NCBI GenBank assembly: GCA_043772865.1
Contig: JAYVFU010000010.1
Location: 1-59,525, forward strand
From: Methylophilaceae bacterium
GTDB taxonomy: Bacteria > Pseudomonadota > Gammaproteobacteria > Burkholderiales > Methylophilaceae
DNA: 59,525 nucleotides
Direction of reading: 5' to 3'
Made by a program: the position numbers and the translations under genes. The notes under the pieces are model-generated. The model saw only the letters and a program-made list of their open reading frames with translations. It was not told where the DNA came from and ran no database searches. This document shows positions 13,698-22,513 of this stretch, piece after piece; position 1 is the stretch's first letter; each line of letters opens with the position of its first letter.

Positions 13698-14408
13698 TTG
13701 CAAAAACAAGCCTTATCAACAACAGCTGCGGAGTTGGATATTAATATATCTAACTCCATGCAGGTTAATACAAGCCAAACATCTGAATTAAACAATCTAG
13801 CCACCGTTAGATTAAAACCTGCGCTTAGTGCCACATCCTCAGAATCTTCACAATATGTTTGGGATCCTTATGTACGAATATTCCATTGGTTGCTAGTTTC
13901 TGCTTTTGCAGTTGCGTTTTACACACATGCATCAGAGTGGGATAGGGTAGTTCACGTATGGGCTGGTTATACAGCTGGGGCGCTTTTACTTTCTCGAATT
14001 GTATGGGGTTTTGCTAAGACAGGCTACGGTAGCTTTAAATCTTTTCCATTCTCACCAATACAAGCTTTTAAACATGTTTACCGATTACTTCATGGCAACG
14101 CCCGCCGCTACATTGGCCATAACCCTATTGGCGGATTAGTGATTTATGCAATGCTTATCACTGGGCTTACCGCTGTTGGTTCTGGGTGGTTAGTCTTTAA
14201 TGAAGGCTGGTTAATAGACCAGCCTGAGTTATTACAAAACATTCACTTTTATGCTACTTGGGGCTGGTTAGGGCTGGTTATTAGCCATGTCCTTGGCGTG
14301 ATTACTGAAAGCATATTGCATCATGACAACTTAATAATTGCTATGATTACTGGGCGTAAACGCACAACAAAAATTGGTGAAAAACAAGCCAAACAGGATT
14401 TAGGTTAA
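13698..14408 (+). CDS. Cytochrome b561 / Ni-Fe hydrogenase b-type cytochrome family membrane protein
   Basis: 236 aa containing VWDPYVRIFHWLL plus 4 TM helices with conserved His. The start is uncertain (TTG at 13698 or ATG at 13758), and the hydrophilic N-terminal extension is unusual. Confidence 0.8.
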   Translation: MQKQALSTTAAELDINISNSMQVNTSQTSELNNLATVRLKPALSATSSESSQYVWDPYVRIFHWLLVSAFAVAFYTHASEWDRVVHVWAGYTAGALLLSRIVWGFAKTGYGSFKSFPFSPIQAFKHVYRLLHGNARRYIGHNPIGGLVIYAMLITGLTAVGSGWLVFNEGWLIDQPELLQNIHFYATWGWLGLVISHVLGVITESILHHDNLIIAMITGRKRTTKIGEKQAKQDLG

Positions 14409-14456
14409 ATTATTTAAACTGTAAATTAAATTTAATAATCAATCAACGTTCGCACT

Positions 14457-14490
14457 AAAGCCCCATGTTTCACGTGAAACATGGGGCTTT
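14457..14490. other. Consensus parS (14466-14481) at the centre of a perfect 34-bp palindrome, which is also a terminator-like hairpin
   Basis: AAAGCCCCATGTTTCACGTGAAACATGGGGCTTT is its own reverse complement. The core tgtttcacgtgaaaca matches parS at 16/16. It lies 48 nt after the cytochrome b stop and is followed by tttagtt. Confidence 0.85.
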
Positions 14491-14739
14491 AGTTCATCAC
14501 CTTAATAATTTGCTTAAATTTAAGTAACAAGAGGGTGAAGATGCCAAATATATTGTTAACCATTTTACTGAATACTGATATAGGTATTCAAAAACTAGCC
14601 TCTAAGAGCGTCATTAAAATAACAAGTACAAACGGACTGCACTAGATTACTACGTTTAACTAAAGGCCTTAAAATAGTGTACAACCTAGTTTGTACTCTA
14701 AAACCTTTGCTCAACTTAGCGTATGTATGTTGGGTAAAA

Positions 14740-14755
14740 CGTTTCATGTGAAACA
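14740..14755. other. parS centromere-like site (variant)
   Basis: cgtttcatgtgaaaca matches the consensus at 14/16. It is the reverse complement of the 12986 variant except for one end base. Confidence 0.65.
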
Positions 14756-14829
14756 TATCTAAGCATATTGACCAATCTGAACTTCGAGTTACAAGCCTTG
14801 ACGTATAACCACTTACACGCATATAGTGT

Positions 14830-14838
14830 GGGGGGGGG
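14830..14838. repeat. G9 homopolymer tract
   Basis: gtgtgggggggggctatgg is read directly. It sits 65 nt upstream of the DUF2853 ATG in otherwise AT-rich DNA. Confidence 0.9.
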
Positions 14839-14903
14839 CTATGGTAAATACTTAGTAAAGAGTTTAACCGTTCAATATTTGATGTTAATTTAGGGAGAAA
14901 AAG

Positions 14904-15230
14904 ATGGCTGATATCCAAGAACAAAAAGCAATTCTTGCAAAATATTGCAGTGCAATTCATGATGGCGCTTTAGCTGGAATGAACAAAACTTATGCTTTGG
15001 TGATGTCAAAACCAGATGCTAAATTTGTTTCCTGTGGTGATCAAAGCGAGAAAGATACTGTACGAGAAAACTTTTTGAAGAAAAAACTTGGTTTAACTGA
15101 AAGTGATGATGCACTCAACGCATCTATTGATGCTATCTGCGTAACAATGAAAGAAGACCGTTTTAAATCACGTTTAGTATTTTATTACTTACTTGCTGAA
15201 AAACATGGCAAATTAGAAATATTTGCTTAA
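14904..15230 (+). CDS. DUF2853 family protein
   Basis: 108 aa preceded by the SD gggaga. VSCGDQSEKDTVRENFLKKKLGL and RFKSRLVFYYLLAEKHGK resemble the DUF2853 signature as I remember it. Confidence 0.75.
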   Translation: MADIQEQKAILAKYCSAIHDGALAGMNKTYALVMSKPDAKFVSCGDQSEKDTVRENFLKKKLGLTESDDALNASIDAICVTMKEDRFKSRLVFYYLLAEKHGKLEIFA

Positions 15231-15265
15231 TTTATAAGCACTTGCTATTACTGCTTATTCAAAAT

Positions 15266-15300
15266 AAAAGCCGATAGAAATTAATTCTAACGGCTTTTTT
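15266..15300. terminator. Bidirectional intrinsic terminator between DUF2853 (+) and mnmE (-)
   Basis: The stem is aaaagccg / cggctttt with a 17-nt loop and an A/T run on either side. Confidence 0.55.
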
Positions 15301-15348
15301 ATTGCTATTACTTTATTGAGTTCTGCAATTTAATACAAAATAGTGAAA

Positions 15349-16737
15349 TTACTTACCTATACAAAACCTGCTGAAAATTTCACCCAATAAATCATCCGGC
15401 GTAAATTCGCCAGTAACGCTGCTTAAAGCTTCTTGTGCTATACGCAATTCCTCAGCGATCAACTCAGCCAAGCTCATTTGTAAATTTGCATTTTTTAAAT
15501 GATACTCAACTTTTGCCAAGGCACTCAAATGCCTTGTACGTGCCATAAAAACACCTTCTCCTCCATCCACACTTTGTTGCCATCCAGCAATCTCTAAAAG
15601 ATGGGTTTTTAGTAGGTCTAGACCTGTGCCAAGTTTTGCTGATAGATAAATATGCGTTTCTGATATTTGCGCATTATAAGCCACTTTTTCAAGTTTTGGG
15701 GCCTCTGCATTTAAATCAATTTTGTTATGCACCCAAATTTTAGCTAAAACGTGCGGCAGCCTATCTATAATCGATTTTTCAACATCTGTAATACCGTGAG
15801 CAGCATCTACTAATAATAACGCGATATGCGCTGTTTCTAGAGATGCCCAAGTGCGAGCGATACCAAACTTTTCTACTTCGTCATCTGTTTCACGCAAACC
15901 TGCTGTATCAATAATATGTAAGGGCACACCATTAATTTGAATTATGTTTTTTATCGTATCGCGCGTTGTTCCTGCAACAGGCGTTACAATGGCAACTTCT
16001 TCACCTGCTAGCTGATTCATCAAGCTGGATTTACCGACGTTTGGCTGACCAACCAAAACAACATTGATGCCTTCTCGCAACAAACTGCCTTGTTTAGCTT
16101 TAGCAAAAACTTGCGCTAGCTCTAGCTGAATATCTGACAACTTTTCTGCAACACGACCCTGCGTAATAAAATCAATTTCTTCTTCAGGAAAATCTAAGCA
16201 AGCTTCCACATATAAACGTAAATCTATGAGCTTGCTTAAAAGGGCATTGATGTGCCTTGAAAACTCACCAGATAAAGAGCGTACAGCACTCTTTGCGGCC
16301 TCGGCTGTTGCAGCGTTAATAACATCAGCCACCGCTTCTGCCTGCGCTAAATCTAATTTTTCATTAATATAAGCGCGTTGAGTAAATTCACCAGGCCCAG
16401 CTTGGCGAGCACCTGACATAATACATCTTGCCAGTAATAATTGCATAAGCGCTGTACCGCCATGTGCCTGCAACTCGAGAACATCCTCACCCGTGTAGGA
16501 ATGGGGTGCATTGTAATAAATAGCAATACCACGATCAATTAAGGTGTTATCTACATCTCTAAAATCTAAGTAAGCTGCATTTCGAGGAGAGGGGCATTGC
16601 CCTAAAATATCAAGGGCAATTTGTTGAACTAGTGGACCAGAAATACGTACAACACCAATGCCACCAGCGCCACTTGCAGTGGCTATGGCAGCAATAGTAT
16701 CGTTTACGTTTATACCTTGTGAATTAGCGTTTACCAA
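15349..16737 (-). CDS. mnmE: tRNA modification GTPase MnmE (TrmE)
   Basis: 462 aa with the G1 motif [10 protein letters not shown] and the C-terminal CIGK. Confidence 0.97.
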   Translation of the reverse strand: MVNANSQGINVNDTIAAIATASGAGGIGVVRISGPLVQQIALDILGQCPSPRNAAYLDFRDVDNTLIDRGIAIYYNAPHSYTGEDVLELQAHGGTALMQLLLARCIMSGARQAGPGEFTQRAYINEKLDLAQAEAVADVINAATAEAAKSAVRSLSGEFSRHINALLSKLIDLRLYVEACLDFPEEEIDFITQGRVAEKLSDIQLELAQVFAKAKQGSLLREGINVVLVGQPNVGKSSLMNQLAGEEVAIVTPVAGTTRDTIKNIIQINGVPLHIIDTAGLRETDDEVEKFGIARTWASLETAHIALLLVDAAHGITDVEKSIIDRLPHVLAKIWVHNKIDLNAEAPKLEKVAYNAQISETHIYLSAKLGTGLDLLKTHLLEIAGWQQSVDGGEGVFMARTRHLSALAKVEYHLKNANLQMSLAELIAEELRIAQEALSSVTGEFTPDDLLGEIFSRFCIGK

Positions 16738-18391
16738 GGGCTTTGTTAGCTAAGGTTTCAGCATGGATTGTTTTATTGATATACCACTGTTGCGCAATTG
16801 ATAAGATATTGTTTACTAACCAATAAAGCACCAGACCAGCAGGGAAAAAGAAGAAGAAAATGCTAAAAACTACCGGCATAATCTGCATCACTTTTGCTTG
16901 AACAGGATCTGTTGGTTTTGGGTTTAATTTTGTCTGAATAATCATGGTGGCCCCCATCAATATTGGCAAAATATAATAGGGATCAATGGCTGATAAGTCG
17001 TGAATCCAACCAAAAAAAGGCGCGTGACGCAACTCTATTGATCCAAGCAATACCCAATAAAGTGAAATAAATACAGGTACTTGCACTAAAATTGGCAAAC
17101 AGCCACCCATTGGGTTAATTTTCTCTGTCTTGTACATTTCCATCATAGCTTGTTGCATTTTTTGGCGATCATCACCAAACTTTTCTTTTAATGCCTGTAA
17201 ACGTGGCGCAAGTTCACGCATTTTTGCCATTGATTTATAACTAGCAGCAGATAGTGGGAAAAATGCTAATTTAATCAACAAAGTTAGCAGAATAATAGCA
17301 ACACCCCAATTAATAACGACCGCTTGAATTTTAGTTAAAATCCAAAATATAGGCTTCGCTATCACTGTTAACCAACCGTAATCTACCGTGTACTCTAAGC
17401 CAGGAGCCGCAGCAATCAAATCATTATGCGTTTGCGGGCCTAAAAATAGCTGTGCTTTTAATTCTGTTTTTGTACCAGGTGCTATATTGCCTAATGGCGT
17501 TACTGCGCCAATTGAGAAAATATCGCTGGATAATTTATCTGTGTAATACTCACGTGTAACACCAGCTTTAGGAATCCAAGCGCCAGCAAAGTAGTGTTGC
17601 ACTAAGCCGACCCAACCATCGTTTGTTATTTTGGATAGTTTTTCTTTTGCCATATCTGCAAACTTAATTTTCTTAAATTTATCAGCTTCTGTGTAATAGG
17701 CACCACCCGTGAAGGTAGGCATCATTTTTGAACCTTGATTTGATTGGTCATCATGCAAAATTTGATAATAAACTGATGGCGTAATCGCTGTAGCACTGCC
17801 GTTGTTAATTTGATAAGTCACGTCAATGACATAACTGTTGCGATGAAAAGTATAGATTTTATCTACATTAACTCCATTACCAACCCAGTTTAAACGCACA
17901 TCCGTGGTATTAGCATCCGCTGCCATTGTGTAACTGTTAGCAGCACTGGTAAATAAGCTTTTATGCGTTGGCAATGTAACGCTAGGTGATCCAATTAAAC
18001 CAGTTTGCGCCACATATAACATTGGTTTAGCAGCATCATCTAATAATATAAAGTTGTCTTGTGAGTCCAACGCACGATGCTTATTAAGTGTTAAGCGACG
18101 TAAATCACCGCCTATCGTATCAATATCTGCTTGAAACAAGTCAGTAGAAACATGGATACGTTGGGCGCTTTCCAATTTAAATGCGCTATCTGCTATTGGC
18201 ACACTATTGTTTAAAGTGCCAGCACTGGCAATATTAGCGCTAGGGATGCCACCTTCTTGTTTGACGTTGGTCGCAAGAGGAGGCGTAATTGGCACATCCT
18301 TTCTTTGCCATGACTCCCACAACATCAAAATAGAAAATGAGAAAATTACAAATAAAATAAGACGTTTGGTGTCCATAAATGCTTTGTTCAA
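16724..18391 (-). CDS. yidC: Membrane protein insertase YidC
   Basis: 555 aa with an N-terminal TM, a large periplasmic domain and a C-terminal 5-TM core. Confidence 0.97.
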   Translation of the reverse strand: MNKAFMDTKRLILFVIFSFSILMLWESWQRKDVPITPPLATNVKQEGGIPSANIASAGTLNNSVPIADSAFKLESAQRIHVSTDLFQADIDTIGGDLRRLTLNKHRALDSQDNFILLDDAAKPMLYVAQTGLIGSPSVTLPTHKSLFTSAANSYTMAADANTTDVRLNWVGNGVNVDKIYTFHRNSYVIDVTYQINNGSATAITPSVYYQILHDDQSNQGSKMMPTFTGGAYYTEADKFKKIKFADMAKEKLSKITNDGWVGLVQHYFAGAWIPKAGVTREYYTDKLSSDIFSIGAVTPLGNIAPGTKTELKAQLFLGPQTHNDLIAAAPGLEYTVDYGWLTVIAKPIFWILTKIQAVVINWGVAIILLTLLIKLAFFPLSAASYKSMAKMRELAPRLQALKEKFGDDRQKMQQAMMEMYKTEKINPMGGCLPILVQVPVFISLYWVLLGSIELRHAPFFGWIHDLSAIDPYYILPILMGATMIIQTKLNPKPTDPVQAKVMQIMPVVFSIFFFFFPAGLVLYWLVNNILSIAQQWYINKTIHAETLANKALGKR

Positions 18392-18424
18392 TCTTTAAAA
18401 AAATTAGCTTTTAAAAAATAATTA

Positions 18425-18634
18425 TTAGGGAATAGGGTCGTGACCGCCAGGGTGCCACGGATGGCAACGCGAGAGGCGCTTAACGCTTAACTGCAAGCCC
18501 TTAACCGCACCGTATTGTCTCAACGCATCTATTGCGTATTGTGAACAGGTGGGGCTAAAACGACATTGCTGGCCGATAAAAGGGCTTAATGTGATTTGAT
18601 ACAAATTAATTAATTGAATAAATAACCAAGACAA
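18425..18634 (-). CDS. yidD: Membrane protein insertion efficiency factor YidD
   Basis: 69 aa with conserved CRF.PTCSQYA and RC.PWH.GG.DP. Confidence 0.93.
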   Translation of the reverse strand: MSWLFIQLINLYQITLSPFIGQQCRFSPTCSQYAIDALRQYGAVKGLQLSVKRLSRCHPWHPGGHDPIP

Positions 18635-18660
18635 GATTTTACTCTACTTTAATGACCGTT

Positions 18661-19020
18661 TTAATGACTACTATTAGCAGTTTTTGCTATTAGCTTTTGC
18701 GTTAATTGACTGAACTCTTGTTCAATTTGCACAAAATCTGCTGGTGAAAAAAATCGCTGCACTCTAATCACCAAATCTAAGGCTGGCCATTGATACTCAT
18801 TATTTTTATACAATTCGCGTAAAACCCTGCGCATATAATTTCTATGTACCGCCAATTTAGCCACTTTTTTACTCACAACCAAACCCAACCGCGGTATATC
18901 TTTCTGATTAGGTAAATAGTGGATGGCTAAATAGGTTGCTGCGATACGTTTGCGGACAATAAAAACGGATGAAAATTCATCCGTTTTAGTTAATTTTACT
19001 AATTTATTCTTGTAGATAAT
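18661..19020 (-). CDS. rnpA: RNase P protein component RnpA (5' end uncertain, no canonical start codon available)
   Basis: The ORF track shows only the last 75 aa. The same frame stays open up to the stop at 19036-19038 and encodes the conserved N-terminus LTKTDEFSSVFIVRKR...PRLGLVVSKKVAKLAVHRNYMRR. There is no in-frame ATG/GTG/TTG before that motif, only ATT/ATC codons at 19015-19035. Confidence 0.85.
   Translation of the reverse strand: MIYKNKLVKLTKTDEFSSVFIVRKRIAATYLAIHYLPNQKDIPRLGLVVSKKVAKLAVHRNYMRRVLRELYKNNEYQWPALDLVIRVQRFFSPADFVQIEQEFSQLTQKLIAKTANSSH
18957..18987 (-). terminator. Intrinsic terminator/attenuator downstream of rpmH, located inside the first codons of rnpA
   Basis: The minus-strand RNA is ACGGAUGA-AUUU-UCAUCCGU (8-bp stem, 4-nt loop) followed by UUUUUAUU. 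Confidence 0.7.
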
Positions 19021-19064
19021 TTTTGTTAAGTTAATTTAAACAGCTGTTTAAACTAATTTTAAAA

Positions 19065-19199
19065 TTACAAACCTAGGCGAACACGGCCTTTAGCGCGACG
19101 CGCTGCAATAACAGCACGACCACCTTTTGTTTTCATACGCACTAAAAAGCCATGTGTACGTGCACGGCGAACTTTAGATGGTTGGTAGGTACGTTTCAT
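19065..19199 (-). CDS. rpmH: 50S ribosomal protein L34
   Basis: Too short for the ORF track. Reverse translation gives [44 protein letters not shown]. Confidence 0.97.
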   Translation of the reverse strand: MKRTYQPSKVRRARTHGFLVRMKTKGGRAVIAARRAKGRVRLGL

Positions 19200-19347
19200 T
19201 TAATTCTCCAGTATTACTAATGTTGCAAAGCAATTACGTTGCACTATTTTTAATTAAATAGTTTGCAAAGCGCAGCAAAGGGCGTAATTAAACTATATAA
19301 CAAGGTGTTATGTCAATTTATATTTTAAGAATCAGATTTAATTTGCC

Positions 19348-19356
19348 TGTGGATAA
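19348..19356 (-). promoter_or_regulatory. Perfect DnaA box (TTATCCACA) in the rpmH-dnaA intergenic region
   Basis: The plus strand tgtggataa is the reverse complement of TTATCCACA. It lies 162 nt upstream of the dnaA ATG. Confidence 0.7.
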
Positions 19357-19517
19357 GTTTAAATAAACCAGCTAAAATAGATGATGAATGAATTTAGATT
19401 AATATCATTAGGTAGCTACTATTTAATTAAATTTAAATTATAAAACAATATGTTAGCTTGGTAGGCTATAAATCATTTACATGCTAAACATTTACTCAAA
19501 GAAAGTTTTATCAACCG

Positions 19518-21017
19518 ATGGAAAAATTTTGGTCTATTTGCCTTGATCGGTTTGAACAAGAACTCTCACCCCAACAATTCAATACTTGGATTAAACCTTT
19601 AAAACTGGATACTTCACACCCTCAATTGCGTTTGCTAGCGCCCAATCGATTTGTTCAGCAATGGGTAAAAGATAGATTTTTAAGTAAAATTGAAGCAGTT
19701 GCAAGAGAGTTGATGCCTAATTCTCCAATAGTAGAGTTAGCTATTGCTGGTGAATCCGATACTGGTAAGAAAGATTTGAGTAACACTAAATCTGTGCAAA
19801 CTAATATACCGAGAGTACAACAACCAGAAAATATGGTACGTGATGTGATTGCAGATTATGTGGCTGCTAATGCAAAATTAAGCAATACAAAATTAAATAG
19901 CAAAATTTCAGGTAATTCCACAATCCATAATACTCAAATAGCCCCTGCAGTTGCTTACAGTTCTAATTATAGTGGGTCTGCCACTAGTAAAGCCAATGTA
20001 AGCGGCTTAAATCCAAGTTTTAATTTCGATAATTATGTAACTGGCCGCGCAAATCAGCTCGCGCGTGCAGCGGCCATGCAAGTCGCAAGTAATCAAGGTT
20101 CATCATACAATCCTTTATTTATTTATGGTGGAGTGGGATTAGGTAAAACCCACATATTACAAGCCATTGGTAATCATTTAAAACAAGAGAATCCTGACGC
20201 AAAAATTCGGTATTTACATGCAGAGCGTTATATTTCGGACGTAGTTAAAGCTTATGAAAATAAGAATTTTGATGAGTTCAAACGACAATATCACTCATTA
20301 GATTTACTGTTGATTGATGACATTCAGTTTTTTGCTAAAAAAACACGTACGCAAGAAGAGTTTTTTTATGCATTTAATACACTGATAGAAGAAAAAAAAC
20401 AAATTGTGATCACATGTGATACTTATCCTAAAGAAATTATAGATGTTGATGAGCGCCTACGTACAAGATTCAGCTGGGGGCTAACTGTAGCAGTTGAACC
20501 ACCAGAGCTAGAAATGCGTGTCGCTATTTTGCTGAAAAAAGCGGAAGAGGCTAAAATAGACTTACATGAAGATGTCGCTTTTTTTGTAGCTAAACAAATA
20601 CGTTCTAGCATTCGTGAATTAGAAGGTGCATTAAATCGTATTGTTGCGATGGCTAACTTCACAGGTCATGCCATTGATATGCATTTAGCTAAAGAAGCGT
20701 TACGTGATTTAATAGCCGTGCGTGGACGCCAAATTACAATAGAAAATATACAAAAAACAGTAGCAGATTATTACAAAATTAAAGTAGCTGAAATGTACAG
20801 TAAGAAACGTACGCGCAATTTTGCCAGGCCGCGTCAAGTTGCGATGGCATTAGCGAGAGAGCTCACTAATCACAGTTTTCCTGAAATCGGTGGTGCTTTT
20901 GGCAACAGACATCACACAACAGTGATGCATGCATGTGATGAAATTGAGCAATTAAGGTTAAATGATCAAGCAATTGCACGTGATTTGGGGTTTTTAACTC
21001 AAGTATTGCGCGATTAG
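19518..21017 (+). CDS. dnaA: Chromosomal replication initiator DnaA
   Basis: 499 aa with the AAA+ Walker A GGVGLGKTHIL and a C-terminal DNA-binding domain (HTTVMHACDEI). Confidence 0.98.
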   Translation: MEKFWSICLDRFEQELSPQQFNTWIKPLKLDTSHPQLRLLAPNRFVQQWVKDRFLSKIEAVARELMPNSPIVELAIAGESDTGKKDLSNTKSVQTNIPRVQQPENMVRDVIADYVAANAKLSNTKLNSKISGNSTIHNTQIAPAVAYSSNYSGSATSKANVSGLNPSFNFDNYVTGRANQLARAAAMQVASNQGSSYNPLFIYGGVGLGKTHILQAIGNHLKQENPDAKIRYLHAERYISDVVKAYENKNFDEFKRQYHSLDLLLIDDIQFFAKKTRTQEEFFYAFNTLIEEKKQIVITCDTYPKEIIDVDERLRTRFSWGLTVAVEPPELEMRVAILLKKAEEAKIDLHEDVAFFVAKQIRSSIRELEGALNRIVAMANFTGHAIDMHLAKEALRDLIAVRGRQITIENIQKTVADYYKIKVAEMYSKKRTRNFARPRQVAMALARELTNHSFPEIGGAFGNRHHTTVMHACDEIEQLRLNDQAIARDLGFLTQVLRD

Positions 21018-21356
21018 CCAATGCTGATTAGTAGATAGTTTTTAGTTTGTCATGAAAGTGAATTAAGCTCTTTGATTGAGATTAAGTGATTTAAAACTTG
21101 TGGTTAAACTGTGTACTAAAGTTGAATGAGTTTAAGTTTTTAGTATGTTTTAAAACTGACCACATTTCATACACAAGATATTTAAGGTTTTTAGGTTTTA
21201 AAAATCACAATTTAATTAGTTGATTTTATTAAGTAAAATTAAGTTATCAACAGAAAGTAACACCTTTATTATTACTATTAGTTTTTTAAAGTATTAATAT
21301 TATTAATAAAATAAAGAACCGTTTTTATAAAAGATTTGAAAAGATGGACACAAAAA
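21018..21356. other. Candidate oriC (dnaA-dnaN spacer): degenerate DnaA boxes plus a very AT-rich unwinding-element-like stretch
   Basis: There are three 8/9 matches to TTATCCACA: 21099-21107 (rc ttaaccaca), 21167-21175 (tcatacaca) and 21244-21252 (ttatcaaca). A nearly pure A/T run spans about 21267-21316. Gene strand bias switches just upstream, at rpmH/dnaA. Confidence 0.45.
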
Positions 21357-22460
21357 ATGAATATTAAGATCAACCGTGAAACTTTATTAAAACCTTTGGC
21401 AAGTGTTACTAGTATTGTGGAAAGAAGACATACACTGCCAATTTTGTCTAATTTATTATTAGAAGCTAAACAAAATAAAATTCAGTTAACGACTACAGAT
21501 TTAGAAATGCAAATTTCTTTAAACATAGAAAATCCATCTGGTGGAGAGTTATCAACTACCATATCTGCTAAAAAGTTTTTAGATATATGCCGATCTTTGC
21601 CAGATAGCACTTTGATTGACTTAACAACGACCGATAGCCGCGTGACGGTTAAAGGTGGAAAAAGTCGTTTTAATTTACAGACTTTGCCCGCAACTGATTA
21701 CCCTGTCATGACGCAAGCTGCGAGTGTTTCTAGTACATCAATCCAATTGCCACAAATAGAATTTAAACGCTTATTGAAACAAGTTGAATTTTCTATGGCT
21801 CAGCAAGATATTCGCTATTATCTAAATGGATTATTGTTAGAAGTAAACGAAAATAGATTAAATATTATTGGTACAGATGGTCATCGCTTAAGCTTTACCA
21901 CAACAGAGTTAAGTCATACCTTTGAAAAAAACAATATTATCATCCCAAGAAAAACCATTATTGAGTTAATTAAATTATTGGATGATAGTGATCATGAAGT
22001 GTCCATTGAGTTTACTGCAACACAAGTAACCTTTGGCTTTGGCGACATCAAACTTATTTCAAAAGTAATCGATGGTAAATTTCCTGATTACAATCGCGTG
22101 ATTCCTGTAGGGCATCAAAATAGTTTCACTACAGATAGATTACAGATGTTGTTAGCCATGCAGCGCGCCTCTATTTTATCTAACGAAAAATATCGCGGTA
22201 TCCGTATGGTGCTTAAAGAAAATAACTTACGTTTAATTAGCACCAATAGCGAACAGGAAGAAGCTGAAGAAGAATTAGAGGTTGTTTACACACAAGATGC
22301 CTTAGATATTGGCTTTAATGTCACTTATTTGATTGATGTACTCAATAATGTGAGCCATGAAACGATTACGTTTTCATTTGCCGATGCTAATAGCAGCTGC
22401 TTAATCACCATTCCTAACGATGCCAATTATAAGTACGTGGTCATGCCAATGCGCATATAA
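21357..22460 (+). CDS. dnaN: DNA polymerase III beta sliding clamp
   Basis: MNIKINRETLLKPL... gives 367 aa from the ATG at 21357. The track's TTG at 21336 adds 7 atypical residues. Confidence 0.96.
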   Translation: MNIKINRETLLKPLASVTSIVERRHTLPILSNLLLEAKQNKIQLTTTDLEMQISLNIENPSGGELSTTISAKKFLDICRSLPDSTLIDLTTTDSRVTVKGGKSRFNLQTLPATDYPVMTQAASVSSTSIQLPQIEFKRLLKQVEFSMAQQDIRYYLNGLLLEVNENRLNIIGTDGHRLSFTTTELSHTFEKNNIIIPRKTIIELIKLLDDSDHEVSIEFTATQVTFGFGDIKLISKVIDGKFPDYNRVIPVGHQNSFTTDRLQMLLAMQRASILSNEKYRGIRMVLKENNLRLISTNSEQEEAEEELEVVYTQDALDIGFNVTYLIDVLNNVSHETITFSFADANSSCLITIPNDANYKYVVMPMRI

Positions 22461-22513
22461 AGTACGTTTTAGGTAATGTGCTCAATCAATGTTACATTGA
22501 ATTGATATATAAC

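Noticed and set aside
14541-14645. 34-codon plus-strand ORF with a good SD (gagggtgaag-ATG)
   Set aside because: It is not listed as a feature. The only support is the SD, and there is no recognisable motif or terminator. It is kept only as a possibility within the non-coding-region finding.
14595-14960. 121-aa minus-strand ORF from the track, spanning the non-coding region upstream of DUF2853
   Set aside because: It overlaps the DUF2853 start, runs through a parS site and the C9/G9 tract, and has no SD. Its composition looks random (Cys/Arg/Ser-rich with no motif). I treat it as a chance ORF in AT-rich DNA.
22482-22505. Imperfect inverted repeat tcaatcaatgt-t-acattgaattga after dnaN
   Set aside because: The stem is AT-rich with a bulge and has no T-run, so it is not convincing as a terminator. 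It may simply be spacer sequence adjacent to the parS site.
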